The position numbers and the translations under genes are program-made. A stretch of DNA of 63,293 nt, filler included, from Octopus bimaculoides (Eukaryota): the NCBI RefSeq assembly GCF_001194135.2. It is 8 parts of 8 records of this genome, joined end to end, with 100 filler letters (N's around TTAATTAATTAA, not from the genome) between each part and the next. Parts side by side here need not be neighbours in the genome. Positions count along the whole stretch, not along the records: positions 61,313 to 63,293 come from NW_026344315.1; 7 more parts are not named here. The stretch is one strand, 5' to 3'. Shown piece by piece: positions 63,129 through 63,293 of this stretch. A model generated the notes under the pieces. That model ran no database searches, was not told where the DNA came from, and saw nothing but the letters and a program-made list of their open reading frames with translations. Position 1 is the first letter of the stretch. Each line of letters opens with the position of its first letter.

Positions 63129-63293
63129 CACATACATTCTATACATTCTTACCTACATACATGCATGCATACACACATAATGGTATATTTTCAAAAATGA
63201 TTCTATACATGTGCAGGAATGCGCGTATACATAACTTTATCAGTGTGCGTGGGTATGCGTGTGTATGTGTATTTCTATGTGTGTGAGTATGTG

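Overview
AT-rich, microsatellite-saturated eukaryotic genomic DNA from a gapped draft assembly. The SINE families, microsatellite load and gap style point to an octopod cephalopod, probably Octopus bimaculoides; this is inferred from recalled repeat families, not a database search. No complete or identifiable protein-coding gene, rRNA, genuine tRNA or CRISPR array is present, and nearly all ORFs in the supplied track are microsatellite or N-run artefacts. The window is a mosaic of several tRNA-derived SINE families, CR1 LINE 3' fragments, R4/Dong-type RLE retrotransposon 3' ends sitting in (AAT)n, a Penelope ORF fragment, an L1/Tx1-like ORF1 remnant, a full-length decayed DD37D-like mariner and a mariner MITE. 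Less ordinary items are as follows. (1) Several unrelated short elements, mostly flanked by (TA)n, carry minimal type-I hammerhead ribozyme motifs with palindromic helix III; one has a fully canonical core (44917-44985), and 6 of 7 motifs lie on the minus strand. (2) A 1.4-kb foldback inverted repeat encloses a CR1 3' end. (3) Splice and start signals suggest a large minus-strand host gene with alternative first exons and a 12-nt microexon, with weaker competing plus-strand exon candidates. Gene-model claims are unverified and span contig joins of unknown size.
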